NCBI GenBank assembly: GCA_965223905.1
Contig: CBDCXV010000011.1
Location: 2,016,001 to 2,080,000 of the forward strand
Direction: 5' to 3'
DNA: 64,000 nucleotides
DNA from: Candidatus Latescibacterota bacterium
GTDB lineage: Bacteria > Latescibacterota > UBA2968 > UBA8231
The notes beneath the pieces are model-generated. The model did not search any database and was not told where the DNA came from. It worked only from the letters and a program-made list of their open reading frames with translations. Position 1 is the stretch's first letter, and every line of letters starts with the position of its first letter. The translations under genes and the position numbers were made by a program. Of the stretch, positions 29,196-40,750 are shown one piece after another.

Positions 29196-32133
29196 ATGAA
29201 ACGGTTACTCGCCCTCGTTTTCTTGCCGGCAACGCTGGCCCAAGCTGACGACGAAATCACCATTGAGTTGCCGGGGGGAGTGCCGCTGGAAATGGTGTGG
29301 ATCGAGCCGGGCAACTTCACCATGGGATCGCCGGAGTACGACGGTACGAGAGAGGTGACGATCTCTCATGGCTTCTACCTGGGCAAGTACGAGCTCACCC
29401 GGGAGCAGTGGCAGGCGGTCATGGGCACCGCGCCCTGGTCGTCTCAGGAGAGTGATCCCCAAGGGCCAAGACTCCCTGCCAACATTTCCTGGCATGACGC
29501 ACAGGAGTTTGCCCAAAGGCTGAACGACCACTTTGGGCAGGACGCTTATCGTCTGCCGACCGAAGCTGAGTGGGAGTACGCCTGCCGGGCGGGCACGACG
29601 ACCCGCTGGTTCTTTGGAGATGACGAGAGCCAGCTGGCGTCCTACGCATGGTACGAAGCCAACGCTATGGGGGATGTTCACTCCGTAGGTGAGAAGCTGC
29701 CCAATCCCTGGGGGCTGTTCGACATGTACGGTAATGCGCTCGAGTGGGTGTGGGACTGGGGTAGCCGCGACTATTACGATGGAACGCCGACGACAGATCC
29801 GTCAGGTCCATTTTGGGGCCACTCCCGGATACTACGAGGTGGGGGCCATCGCTGGAGCGCCGAGTATGTGTCGTCGTTCCGCCAAGAGCCGCATTTCCCG
29901 CACTTTGATGGGTCTGTCTATGGGGAGGCCCCGGGTATGCGTCTCCTCAAAGGGGAACCGCTCGATCTACCTACACCCACTCCCTTTCCCCAAGACAGTT
30001 CAGGCCCGTTTCTGCCCGTCCACGAAGGGAATATCTGGATTATGGCCGTGTATGATCCAGTGAGTTCAGCAAACGTGTCTTTCAGTGCGTACGTATTGGA
30101 GAGGAGTGAGGTCATCGATGGGAAGCAGTACTGGGAATGGCAGAGCCACCTGACTCTACCAATGATTAGAGGCCCCTTCCGCGTAGACGAGAAGGGCATC
30201 TGGGAACTAATCCAGGAACGTTGGACATCCGATGCCCTTAACGAATTGCTGGGAGCGATTGACGCGAATCCCGAACTGCGTGAGTCGCAGTACTATAAGC
30301 AGTCCGCTTTCTTCCAAAGCCTGGAACCCGACCAGAAAGAGTTTTTGCTATACGACTTCGTTGGAGGCACAATCGACTACGACTCCCCTACCATAGGGTT
30401 GGACGGGGAGCTCGTGTGGCTTCATGCAATTACTTTTGAACTTGGAAGGTACATTAAGAAGGAGGAGTGGAGTGTTCCCAATCAGGAAAAATTCTCCTGG
30501 GTTTGCTGCGGCACTGAGGCAGGGGAGGGATGGATAATTTTCCAACGCGGTCTGGGTCCGGTCTCAATTACTATTAGCGATCCCCACGGGTGGTTTGCCC
30601 CAACGCAAGATGAACTGGTGTGGGCCCGTATTGATGGTGTGGAATACGGCCTTCACCCAGGACCTGACTACCCTGGATATCGACAGATTGAGACTGTGGT
30701 CGCGTCTCCCGAGATGAAATCCGCCTACCCAGTTACCAGCCGCCTTTCGCCCAACTTCCCCAACCCTTTCAACGCCAGCACCCAGATCGCCTACCACTTA
30801 GCCACCCCCGGCCCGGTGCGGCTGAGAATCTACAATACCTTGGGCCAGCCCGTGCTCACGCTAGTGCCTAATTGCATAATTCCGCGTATGTATCATGGAG
30901 CCGGCCCTGGTAGACCTTCTCTTTCTTCCACTCGAAGGGGTGTGCCCTGGAATTGTAAGCGGCGATGAAGGCGTCGATGGCGTTACGCAGCTGTCGGGGC
31001 GAAGTAAAGCTGGCTCCGTGCAAGGCACGACGGCTGAGGATGCTGAACCAGATTTCGATGAGGTTGAGCCAGCACGCATTGGTGGGCGTAAAGTGGAAGT
31101 GAACGTTGGGATGGCGCGCCAACCAGCGGTCGCGCTTGGGCTTGTGGGTGTTGAGGTTGTCCAGGATCACGTGGAGGGTCTGGCCGGCCGGATAGGCGGC
31201 CACCACGTCGTTCATGAAGTCGAGGAACTCCCGGCGCCGGCGTCTCTTGGCGTGCCCGGCCTGGATGTGGCCGGTGGCCACCTCGAGGGCGGCAAACAGG
31301 GTCGTGGTGCCGTGGCGTTGGTAGCGATGGCTGAAGCCGCTCAGCGCCGCACCCCGGGGCAGACGCAAATAGCCCTGGGCGCGCTCCAGCGCCTGGATGG
31401 ACGGCTTCTCGTCGACACACACCACCACCGCGTTCTCCGGCGGGTCGAGATACAAGCCGACGATGTCGGCCGCTTTGGCGGCGAATTCCGGGTCGGTGCT
31501 TACGCAATACGAGCGTCGCCTTTGCAGGTAGATCTTATGCTGACCCAGCACTCTCCACACATGATGGACGGACACCTCTCCCAACGTCTCGGCCACCAGG
31601 GCGGCGGTCCAGGTCGCGTGCCCGGCCGGCGGCGGCTGCGACACCAGGTCGAGGATGCGGTGCTCGGTTTCTTCATCATACCGTTTCGGCTGACCGGGCC
31701 GCGGCGCATCCTGCAGGCCGCCCAGGCCGTGGCGGGCAAAGCGCGTTCGCCACTTGCTCACAGTGGCCGTGCGCATCCTCAGCCGCTGCGCGATCGCATC
31801 GGTCGGTTGACCGGAGGCGGCCGCCAGGATGATGCGCGCACGCAAAGCGAACCGCTGTTCGCTGGTAGCCGACCGCGCCCAGAGCTCCAGGGTGGCCCGA
31901 TCCTCTTCCGTCAACGAAATGGGGGTAGCTTTTCGGGGCATAACCCCAATAAACGTTATAACGATAATTAATGCAATTATGCACCAGTCAACCAATTCCA
32001 GACTGCCGGCTCGTACCAAGTCCGCTGGGACGCCCGTGACCAGGAGGGCTCAGCAGTGTCGGCTGGGATCTATCTCCTGCGCCTGAACTTTCTCGGCGGC
32101 GAGCAGACCCGGCGGTTGGTCCTGCTCAAGTAG
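29196..32133 (+). pseudogene. secreted FGE-sulfatase (SUMF1) domain protein with FlgD-Ig/T9SS-like C-terminal domain, split by IS630
   Basis: 'RLPTEAEWEYACRAG', 'PNPWGLFDMYGN'; 'NFPNPFNAST...TL' resumes at 31987 as 'VNQFQTAGSYQVRWDARD...GIYLLRL...LVLLK*'. Confidence 0.88.
30864..31984 (-). mobile_element. IS630-family element, intact transposase (~30868-31940)
   Basis: IRs GTGCCTAATTGCAT / GTGCATAATTGCAT; CTAG target; 'VDEK', 'LDNLNTHK', 'WLNLIEIWF'. Confidence 0.93.
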
Positions 32134-32274
32134 CTCCTGTATCTGCGTCTATCATCCTCCTTAACGTGGCGGACCTGGGGAAAGCAGCATGAGCGGCAGA
32201 TGTACATCTTGTAAACGCAAACTCGCCATGTATCCTTTCAGACACGTAAAATTCGAAAACGCGGGGAGCTGAAT

Positions 32275-32505
32275 ATGAAAGATCCTTCTGTAGAAAAAGA
32301 AATTCTCGATGAGATCCATAAATTGGAAGAAGGCCAACAAGCGGAGGTGCTGGAATTCGTTCGTTCGTTAGCAAAATCCGAGATGAAAGGCGTCCCTGGC
32401 AAGACTCTGCTGCGCTTTGCAGGAACAATAGATAGAGAAGACTTGGACAAGATGGCTGAAGCGATCCAAGTCGACTGCGGAAGCGTAGATCTCCATGAAT
32501 GGTAG
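32275..32505 (+). CDS. putative VapB-type antitoxin
   Basis: 76 aa overlapping the PIN toxin start. Confidence 0.75.
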   Translation: MKDPSVEKEILDEIHKLEEGQQAEVLEFVRSLAKSEMKGVPGKTLLRFAGTIDREDLDKMAEAIQVDCGSVDLHEW

Positions 32506-32893
32506 ATACCTACTGGATACCAATATCATCATCGCTCTCTTTGCTCAAGAAGGAATAATTCAGCAACGTCTGGGCCAAGCCGTTGAAGTTTTCTCGTCCA
32601 GTATTGTACTTGGCGAACTGTATTATGGCGCTGGGCGATCCATTCGCGTGAATGAAAACATTCAGCGCATAAATGAATTCGCCTCCACAACGGTGGTCAT
32701 TGGCTGCAATCAGGAAACGGCTCGACAGTATGGTCGGATAAAGAACGCGCTTCGGGCAGAGGGTCGTCCCATACCGGAGAATGATATATGGATAGCAGCT
32801 CAGGCTCTACAGCATCAGTTGACTTTGGTCGCACGAGACGATCACTTTCAAGAAATTGACGCGATTTCTCTTGAACGATGGGAACGCAACTAA
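32495..32893 (+). CDS. vapC: VapC PIN-domain toxin
   Basis: 'YLLDTNIII', 'GELYYGA', 'GRPIPENDIWIAA', 'RDDHF'. Confidence 0.92.
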   Translation: MNGRYLLDTNIIIALFAQEGIIQQRLGQAVEVFSSSIVLGELYYGAGRSIRVNENIQRINEFASTTVVIGCNQETARQYGRIKNALRAEGRPIPENDIWIAAQALQHQLTLVARDDHFQEIDAISLERWERN

Positions 32894-32956
32894 TCTGACC
32901 GTGGGACGCCCGCGACCAGCGGGGGTCCTCGATTCCGAGCGGCTTTGCTTCGCGCT

Positions 32957-33398
32957 CCCCGCGACCGCCTCGGCTTCTTCGAGGTCGTGCCCGACCCCAG
33001 GCCGAACCTGCTGCCGAGCGAGGACACCCACCAGCTCTACTGGCGGGAGCACATCGGCGACGACATGGTGCCGGAGTACGCCGACCCCCACTGCATCTCC
33101 TACCCCATCGATCTGAAGGGGCTTCGGCGTCGGTGTACGTCAACGCCCAGGGGATGTCCCCGCAGAACCGGCTCACCGTGGAACTGCTGGACGAGCGCAT
33201 GCGGACGCTTCCCGGGTACGGCAGGGCCGACTGCCTTCCCGTTGTCCACGGGCTGCGGACGCCGGTCGCCCTGGAAGGGAGCGCGGTCCCTGGAGGGGAT
33301 CGACTCTCCCGTGCGGGTGCGGATCAACTGGGAGTGCGAGCGTTCCGGCGACGTGTTTCTGTACGCGGCGTACGTGGCGAATGACGGCTGAGATCGAA
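32957..33398 (+). repeat. diverged, frameshifted duplicate of 28668-29107
   Basis: near-identical DNA (EVVPDPRPNLLPSEDTHQLYW...YAAYVANDG). Confidence 0.92.
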
Positions 33399-34265
33399 AC
33401 GCGGAGGATCGGGAAAACCGGGCTGACGGCCCGGGCCGTCGGGGTCGGCTGGGCGGCGATCACCGGCCTGCCGGACAGGGAGTCGACGGCGACGATCCGG
33501 CGGGCAATCGAGGTCGGGTTCGACTTCCACGACACCTCCTCGATGTACGCCGACAGCGAGCGCCGGGTCGGTCTCGCGCTGGAGGGGGGCTGGCGCGAGA
33601 AGGTGATCCTGCAGACCAAGGCCGGGTACCACCGCGGCATCCGCGGGTACGACTACTCCGGTCCCGCCATCCGCTCCTCGGTCGAGAACAGCCTGAGGAT
33701 GCTGAAGACCGACTACCTCGACTCGGTGCTCGTCCACGACCCGGAGGACATCGAGGCGGCGCTCGGTCCGGGCCGCGCCTTCGACGTGCTCCACCGCATG
33801 AAGGAGGAGGGGGTGATCGGGCACGTCGGGCTCGGCGTGCGCGGAATCGCCCAGCATCTGCGCGCCATGGAGGCGGGGATCGCCGAAATCCACCTGACCC
33901 ACATGGACTACACTCTCCTCGACCAGGAGGCCGGGCCGGTGCTGTTTCCGGAGCTGAAGAAGCAGGGGGTCGGCGTCCTCATCGCCAGCCCGCTCAAGCG
34001 GGTGCTCGCCGGGCCGGAGCCGGACCGCGCCGAGGAGCCGGAGGCGCACGCCATGTGGTCCTGGTGCCGCGACCGGGGCGCCAACCTCCGCGACCTCGCC
34101 CTGCAGTTCTGCCTGCGGGCGCCGATCGAGGCCATCGTCCTGACCGGTCCGGCCAGCGTCAGGCAGGTCGAAGAGAACTGGGCCTCGGCCCATGCCGAGG
34201 TGCCGGCCGACCTCTGGGCGGAGTTCAAGGCCGAGTTCGGGATCGTCGAGTACGACGGGTCCTAG
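33381..34265 (+). CDS. aldo/keto reductase
   Basis: 'RRIGKTGL', 'DTSSMY', 'QTKAG', 'SLRMLKTDYLDSVLVHDP'. Confidence 0.88.
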   Translation: MTAEIETRRIGKTGLTARAVGVGWAAITGLPDRESTATIRRAIEVGFDFHDTSSMYADSERRVGLALEGGWREKVILQTKAGYHRGIRGYDYSGPAIRSSVENSLRMLKTDYLDSVLVHDPEDIEAALGPGRAFDVLHRMKEEGVIGHVGLGVRGIAQHLRAMEAGIAEIHLTHMDYTLLDQEAGPVLFPELKKQGVGVLIASPLKRVLAGPEPDRAEEPEAHAMWSWCRDRGANLRDLALQFCLRAPIEAIVLTGPASVRQVEENWASAHAEVPADLWAEFKAEFGIVEYDGS

Positions 34266-34309
34266 TGCCTGCGGGCGGCCCCCTCATCCACCGGAACCGT
34301 GTCGCTGGG

Positions 34310-34590
34310 TTACGGAGACAGCAAGGCGCGTTTCACGGCCTCCGGCTCTTTCTGGATCACGCGCAGAAGCGTCGCCGCCGGACCGCTGACCCGCCGCGTT
34401 CCCTGCTCCCATTTCCGATACCCGGACAGCTCATGCCCATCAACGGCACTATCTGCGCCTGCGTGAGCTTCGCCTGCTTGCGGACCATTCGCGGCGATAT
34501 GGGGGTGTGAACGATGGCGGGGCCTTCGCCCTTCGCATGGGCGAGGGCTTCGGTGAGGGATTGGATCAGATCGTCGCCGAATGTGCTCAT
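34310..34590 (-). pseudogene. HigA-like HTH antitoxin, frameshifted, no adjacent cognate toxin
   Basis: 'MSTFGDDLIQSLTEALAH...LTQAQ' then 'YRKWEQGTRRVSGPAATLLRVI'. Confidence 0.75.
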
Positions 34591-34684
34591 GTCATCCTCG
34601 TTGCACAGCTTGTCAACCTGACCGGAGAAGGCCGGATCCTCCGCTACCGACTTCAGTACACCCGGACCGTTAGCGGAACTGACT

Positions 34685-35022
34685 TCACTGGTGGCGTATC
34701 TGAATAGTCCAGATTCGGACGGCAGGCTGTCCCAAGCCATCACGCTGCTGGCGACGAACTCGGTTTTCACTGTGTCGGGGACTGATGGGTGAATGCGGAA
34801 CAGGATCACGCCGCAAGGGGCAGGCATACGGTTTCGGTGCACCAGATCTCCAAAGTCCTTGTCGTAGGTGATCAGGGTGCGTCCTTCCCTCGTCGCCAGT
34901 TCCAGCAGGTCGGGGTCTGCTTCCCCCCGGTCGGTTTCCCGCGCCCAGCGCACATCGCAACCAGCAGTACGCAGCCGGACGACAATCTCTTCCGCCATAT
35001 TTTCGTCGGCCAGGACTCTCAC
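34685..35022 (-). CDS. DUF5615 PIN-like toxin (frameshift near 3' end)
   Basis: 'VLADENM', 'DPDLLELATREGRTLITYDKDFG'. Confidence 0.85.
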
Positions 35023-35303
35023 GCCTCTTTGCCGTCCATAATGGCGTCAATGTCCTCCCAGGTAACGCTGGACAGCTTCGCGCCGGTGGCGGCATACTCG
35101 CGGCAGGCCCTGATGTCCTCCGGGGTGAGGTGGGAGTACATACGGATGATGTCGGCTTCACTCCGGCCCCCGTCCAGCAGCTCCATAACCAGTTCCACCG
35201 AGATCCGAGTGCCCCTTACCGTTGGTTTGCCTGCCAGAATAAGGGGATCGGTAACAATCCGCTCCTGCCAGATTGGTGACTGATCCTTGTCTTTATCGGT
35301 CAT
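35019..35303 (-). CDS. DUF433 antitoxin
   Basis: 'DPLILAGKPTVRGTRISVE...LTPEDIRAC'. Confidence 0.9.
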   Translation of the reverse strand: MTDKDKDQSPIWQERIVTDPLILAGKPTVRGTRISVELVMELLDGGRSEADIIRMYSHLTPEDIRACREYAATGAKLSSVTWEDIDAIMDGKEA

Positions 35304-35733
35304 GGCCCATCTCCTCTTTTTCCTGGCGCTCCCTGTCAGACCCGGGGGCTGCCCGGTCACGTTGGACTTGGAATCTGCCTTGCTGAAATGCCATCAAAAT
35401 CAGGCTGGAACAATGAGGCGTGCCCCGGCAACCGGATGGAAGCGGACTGAAATAATATACCTCAGCGGGACGCCACCACCGCGGGCAGGCCGGTCTCACG
35501 GACCCGCTCATTGAACCCGGCCAGCGTTTTCCTGAACTGAAATCCGCGAGGAATCCTGAACCGGGTCCGGGCGGTCATGAGACGCGGAGTCGCATCGCCC
35601 AGCCCGTACCGGTACTCTGAACTGGCAAACGACCTGGAAATAAACCACCCAGAAATAACCCTGTTTCACCCCAGTTTCTGTTCAGTTGGAGTACACCTGA
35701 TATTTACGATTTCAATCTACGGAGGAGAATACC

Positions 35734-37472
35734 GTGAAAAACGACCGATTCGTGGTCTCCGCCCTGGTCGACTTCCCCGACGACTGCGGCAACATCGTCT
35801 TTACTCGGGCGCTGGTGGAAAACCTGATCGAGCGTCTGCAGTCGGTGGGCGCCACCAGGGTCTACTGGAACTTCTATCAGGCAGGTATGTGGGAGTTCTT
35901 CGGCGTCGGAAGTAAGGCTACCCGGGAGACACTCAGGAACCTTGGCGAGCCCGTGGCGGTGGGTGCCCGCGCCGCCCGCGAGCGGGGCATGGAGTTCTGG
36001 GCCACCATCAAGCCCTACGAGACCGGCGCCAGCCACTCCAACCCCAGGAACAGCCCCAAGATGCTCGAGTACCCCGGCCTTCCCGGCATCGGCGGCGACT
36101 ACACGGTCGACCCCTGGGTCCTGAACCACCCGCAAATGCGCCTGAAGATTCGCTCCGCGGACCTGCCGCAGGGGCTGGAGACGGTCCCGATCCGCCGCAT
36201 CCAGCTTCGCCAGAAGAACATGGCCCCGGTCCGCATCAAACCTGAGAACATTCAGATCTGGACCAGCGACGACAACGTGGGCTACCGGCGCAAGGACGTG
36301 TCGTTCAACGTCAGCGAATCGGTGGAGACCTGCCCCAGAAAGGTCGTCGAGATCCAGGGCGGTGCGGTGACCGGAAAGGGGGAGTCCGTGCGCGCCCTGG
36401 ACCTGACCGGCCTCGACCTTTTCGACCCCTTCATCGTCGTCACGACGGACTTCGACGACGACAGCGGCACCTTCGCCAACACCGCGCTGGAGATGGTCCG
36501 GGCTTACGGGCCGGAGGAGCGTGAGTTCCCCGTCGTCGTGGCCAGTCACAAAGCCATCTGGCGGCCCGAACGCGACCTGCGCACCGACGACCTGGAGTAC
36601 GACTGCGGCATTGGAGACGTGGTGGTCTGCCTGGACGTGACCAACTCGCGCAACGTTACCCCCGGCTGGTTCGGCACGGGCGCCACCAGGGACGGGGTCA
36701 TCGCCGTCGCCAGGGGGCGCAACGAGTACGTGTCCGGCGCGCTCTGCGAGGCCTACCCGGAAGTGAGGGATTACTGGTTGGACTGGGTGGGAACGTGCAT
36801 CGCCTCGGGTGTCGACGGGGTCGACGTGCGCATATCCAACCACAGCTCCTGGGTCAACACACAGGAGATATACGGCTTCAACGAGCCGGTGGCGGAGGAG
36901 TACGAACGGCGGTACGGCAGCGACCCCGACACAGGGTACTTCGACCCGGAGCTCCTCGGCGCAGTGCGGGGCGAGTTCTTCGACCACTTCCTGCGGGCGG
37001 CGAAGACCCGGCTTTCGGCAGCCGGCAAGAAGCTGTCCGTGCACACCGAGATGGAGGGATTCCGGCCGGATTCCTGCCAGGCCCGATGGAGGTCAATGCC
37101 CAACATCACCTTCAACTGGCGGAACTGGCTGCGGTCAGGCCTGGCCGACGAGGCCACCCTCTTTGGGAGAGCATGGAACGTCGACCGCCTACTCGACGAT
37201 CCCCTGACCCAGGAGATGCTGGGCGAGGCCGCCGCGGCCGGAGTGCCCGTGCATATGAACAATCCGGTCGGCACCATCACGAGGAGATGTCGGACGCCGA
37301 AAAGCTGGAGTACTCATACAGCAAGGGAGGGCTGGGCGGCTACTGCTTCTATGAGACCGCTGCGATGTACGACAGCGAGGAGCCGGTCAGCGCGGACGGC
37401 ACGCTCAACTTCCGCCCCGGCCTGCTGGAGTCGATCCGGAAAAAGGTCGACAGCCTGGGGCTGGGGGGATAA
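35734..37472 (+). CDS. hypothetical protein, possible glycoside-hydrolase-like TIM barrel; frameshift near 37280
   Basis: 'YPEVRDYWL...GVDGVDVR'; natural C-terminus lies in another frame ending at 37472. Confidence 0.6.
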
Positions 37473-37750
37473 CCGCAGAGCCTCGCCGTCCGCGCGGGTT
37501 GAACCCTCATTCGCCGATCCGGACGACGTTGGCCACGGTGGCGCGATCCTGGTGAAAAGCTGCCGCGGTAGACGCAGGATACATGCCCGAAATCCCCCCT
37601 CTCGGGGACCTGCCCCTGGATGCCGGTCAGCCCGGGGCAGGCTCCCGGGGTTTTGGCCTCAAAGCAGAATACGTACACTACGGGGGCGATGTTGAGGTGT
37701 GAATCGGGCGAGTGGGTGGGTGAAGTAAGAGGCAACGGAATGGAGGAATT

Positions 37751-38080
37751 ATGAACGCGATCCATATGATAGAAGACCTGAGACAGCGAGCTAATGAAGG
37801 CGATCCGGAAGCACAGTATAAACTTGGCTGGAGGTATTCCGCTGGTCGTGATGTACCCCAAAATGATGAAGAAGCGGTGAAGTGGCTCCGCAAGGCAGCC
37901 GATCAAGGCCTTGCTCAAGCCAAGCATGACCTTGGCGTGATGTATGCAAACGGCCAAGGCGTGCTGCAAGACTATTTGGAGGCCCACATGTGGTGGAATC
38001 TCGCCGCGGCACAGGGTAACGAGGAAGCACGAGAAAAACGCGATATAGTTGCCAGAATATTGACCGCTTCTCAAGTTTAG
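37751..38080 (+). CDS. Sel1-repeat protein
   Basis: 'GDPEAQYKLG...GRDVPQNDEEAVKWLRKAADQG'. Confidence 0.88.
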   Translation: MNAIHMIEDLRQRANEGDPEAQYKLGWRYSAGRDVPQNDEEAVKWLRKAADQGLAQAKHDLGVMYANGQGVLQDYLEAHMWWNLAAAQGNEEAREKRDIVARILTASQV

Positions 38081-38123
38081 GATGCTCAGTGCCGGGCACG
38101 CAAAAAGATGGAAGAGATTCACG

Positions 38124-38499
38124 ATGAATGAAGAAGAAACATTTGAGGAGACAGTCCAGAACTTCCAGCAGATAAATAAAATTCACTGGAACCTGGAGCA
38201 AAACGTTATTATAACCACTGAGGATAAGCTCAAGCTCTGTCTCTACAAAGCTATTGACCGTCTCGACGCCAAACGGAAGTGGTGGACACCATCGGCTCTC
38301 TTGGTGACACTCGTTCTTGCACTAACCACGGCCGAATTCAAAGAGCAATTCTCTATTTCGCCAGCAACTTGGCAGGCGGTTTTTCTTGATTTTGACAGCA
38401 GCCTCACTAATCTGGGCAGTTGTGGCTATATGGAAGGCGCGCAGAGTCGAGATATCCGTTGAATCGATCGTATCAGAAATTAAGCAGCCACATCAATAA
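38124..38499 (+). CDS. small two-TM membrane protein (frameshift near 38385)
   Basis: 'IITTEDKLKLCL...WWTPSALLVTLVLAL', second TM 'ILTAASLIWAVVAIWK' in shifted frame. Confidence 0.6.
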
Positions 38500-38616
38500 A
38501 CAGGGAACAGCGAGATTGAGAAAGCAGGAAATTCTCAGCACTTCTGGGATGAAATACTCCGGTTATTCAGCTCTTTCAGTCTGTAAATCCCTACGATTCC
38601 TTTCAAGGGTCATGTT

Positions 38617-39966
38617 ATGAAAATTATGAACATCAATTTTCACACATGGTGCCAAAATCATCTTAGCGATCACGACGCCAAATGGTGTCGAGAACTTTAT
38701 CCATGGAATGCATTTTCAGCGATAGATTACTGCGAGAAAAAAATCGGAAGGACACAAAAATTAGAATTAAGTCGGGTCGAGTATTTGGCAACTATACGAT
38801 ACTTCTATATTGGTGAAAAAAATAGAATCCATTATCTGATTGATTTGAAATCAAATCCAACATCCAAACGGACTGCGTGGCAAAATATATTGTGGGACAA
38901 TCAATTCCATCTGGTCGCCAGTTCCGATGGGAATTTCATTACTTTATTTACTGAAAAAAGAGACCCGGCAAAAAGTCTACTAGGATCTTTTATGGGTTCA
39001 GATTTGGACAGAGTCGAAGCCCAAAGGTGCCTACCATACAGCAGCTTACTGTTTCGAACTTTAGTTTCATATCGATCAGAAGAATTGTTCGGCAGGCTGA
39101 ACAATTCGAACCCCTTTGAATGGATACCGGGAGGTCTCCGAGAACTAGATCCCCACCACCAGTTTTCCCAATCAGCTCGTCTAATAACTCCGCTGTGGGC
39201 TAACGAAAGAATCCTTTGGGTAACTTCTGCGTGGACAGAAAAGAACGCACATCGGTTTGCGCTGTACAACGCAAATCAATGCGAAGAATTAGTTGTTGTC
39301 TATTGCCATCCAACATTCTCCTCCCACCACAGATGCTCGTATCCTAAAACCAAGATCACTTCCTTATTGAATTTCGTTTCGACCAGTGATAATCGAAAGA
39401 GGTCGGTCTTCCATCGTCAAGCCAAATTGTTAATTAACAATTTAAGAATTCATGACATAAGGAGTAAAAAGCAATCACTAACCTCTAAAGATATTGCGTC
39501 AGAAATAATGAGAACAAATAACGGAAAAGACATTACTATCCCCGTTTCACTATTACGGGAAGCGAAGTCAGGGCTTGAATTCGAAGTTGCTACATCCCAA
39601 GATGCTGCATATTTCTTTTCCTGCGCTAACTTGCTGAATGCGGCTTTGACTGGTCGGTATGGAATCGGCTCGATTCCTAGGTCATTGCGAAAAGAAGTGT
39701 ATTCGTTCAAGGGCCAAGTAGGAACAGTTGTGGAATCCTTAGTAAAAAACCCTATAGATGGAGTCGAGATCTATTTCGATGAACGTCTATTGTACGTTGC
39801 AATAGATGGAATTCAATTTAGCTTCCACGCCATTCCCCGCACACAGCCGATTAAGAACTTTATCGCAAATAATGCAAACCAGAAACAGCATTGGAGTGGC
39901 ATCCGATTGCAACCTATTTCCCCGTTGGTATTAGACTGGGGGCGAGCCAAATTCGTCGAGAGATGA
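38617..39966 (+). CDS. AT-rich hypothetical protein (449 aa)
   Basis: long ORF in visibly low-GC DNA; no family recognised. Confidence 0.7.
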   Translation: MKIMNINFHTWCQNHLSDHDAKWCRELYPWNAFSAIDYCEKKIGRTQKLELSRVEYLATIRYFYIGEKNRIHYLIDLKSNPTSKRTAWQNILWDNQFHLVASSDGNFITLFTEKRDPAKSLLGSFMGSDLDRVEAQRCLPYSSLLFRTLVSYRSEELFGRLNNSNPFEWIPGGLRELDPHHQFSQSARLITPLWANERILWVTSAWTEKNAHRFALYNANQCEELVVVYCHPTFSSHHRCSYPKTKITSLLNFVSTSDNRKRSVFHRQAKLLINNLRIHDIRSKKQSLTSKDIASEIMRTNNGKDITIPVSLLREAKSGLEFEVATSQDAAYFFSCANLLNAALTGRYGIGSIPRSLRKEVYSFKGQVGTVVESLVKNPIDGVEIYFDERLLYVAIDGIQFSFHAIPRTQPIKNFIANNANQKQHWSGIRLQPISPLVLDWGRAKFVER

Positions 39967-39984
39967 CGACGACTGATCATTTTT

Positions 39985-40116
39985 GGCTATATCTGGGTTT
40001 TCAAAGGACCATTTATACCATGTACAAAGAGAGATAGTGAGGGCTTCATACTGTTCGGAATCGAGCCGGAATCTGCGCAGGGATATCGAGGTCACCCAAC
40101 CACAGGTAAATCAAAT
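39985..40116 (-). mobile_element. right-end remnant of a related ISL3
   Basis: IR GGCTATATCTGGGTTTTCAA plus 'LIYLWLGDLDIPAQIPARFRTV*'. Confidence 0.85.
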
Positions 40117-40216
40117 CGTACTGCGCAGCGATGGTAACTAATGGCAACTATCTGACACTCGACCCTGCTTGTGGCGTCAGGCCGGTGCTGATGACAAGGA
40201 GAGGAACGCCGATACA

Positions 40217-40750
40217 ATGCGGGAAACGACTGATGCTGCGAAGGTCCAGGAACTCATGCGGCTTCTCGGTACAGAGGCGCGAGGCAAAGGCCGGATCTAC
40301 CTCGTCGGGGGAAGTTCGGCGGTGTTGCTGGGTTGGCGGGGGACCACCGTCGATGTCGATCTCAAGCTCGATCCGGAATCCATCGGTGTTTTCCATGCGA
40401 TTGCCCGCGCCAAGAATATCTTGAACATAAACGTCGAGTTGGCGGCTCCCGACGATTTTATTCCTCCTCTTCCCAATTGGCGCGAGCGCAGCGCCTTCAT
40501 CGCTCGATACGGGTCGGTCGATTTTTTCCATTACGATTTCTACGCGCAGGCTCTCGCGAAGATTGAACGCGGACATGAACAGGATCTGCGCGATGTCGAG
40601 GCGATGCGCCGAGAACAATTGATTGAGCCGATGCGCCTGATCGAGTTTTTTGACGCGATTGAGCCAAGCTTGGTGCGTTATCCCGCGATTGATGCCGCCT
40701 GTTTCCGCGAGAAGGTGAAAAAGGCGGCGAAGGCGATGGAGGAGCAGTGA
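40217..40750 (+). CDS. DUF6036-like nucleotidyltransferase (putative toxin)
   Basis: 'YLVGGSSA...RGTTVDVDL', 'LAKIERGHEQD'. Confidence 0.78.
   Translation: MRETTDAAKVQELMRLLGTEARGKGRIYLVGGSSAVLLGWRGTTVDVDLKLDPESIGVFHAIARAKNILNINVELAAPDDFIPPLPNWRERSAFIARYGSVDFFHYDFYAQALAKIERGHEQDLRDVEAMRREQLIEPMRLIEFFDAIEPSLVRYPAIDAACFREKVKKAAKAMEEQ

Noticed and set aside
29196-29960. FGE-sulfatase (C-type lectin fold) as a DGR target
   Set aside because: No reverse transcriptase and no template repeat; the window's duplications do not show adenine-specific differences
34310-38499. Clustered single-base frameshifts (~34430, ~34720, ~37280, ~38385) as phase variation
   Set aside because: Not in long repeat tracts; cannot be separated from sequencing error without reads
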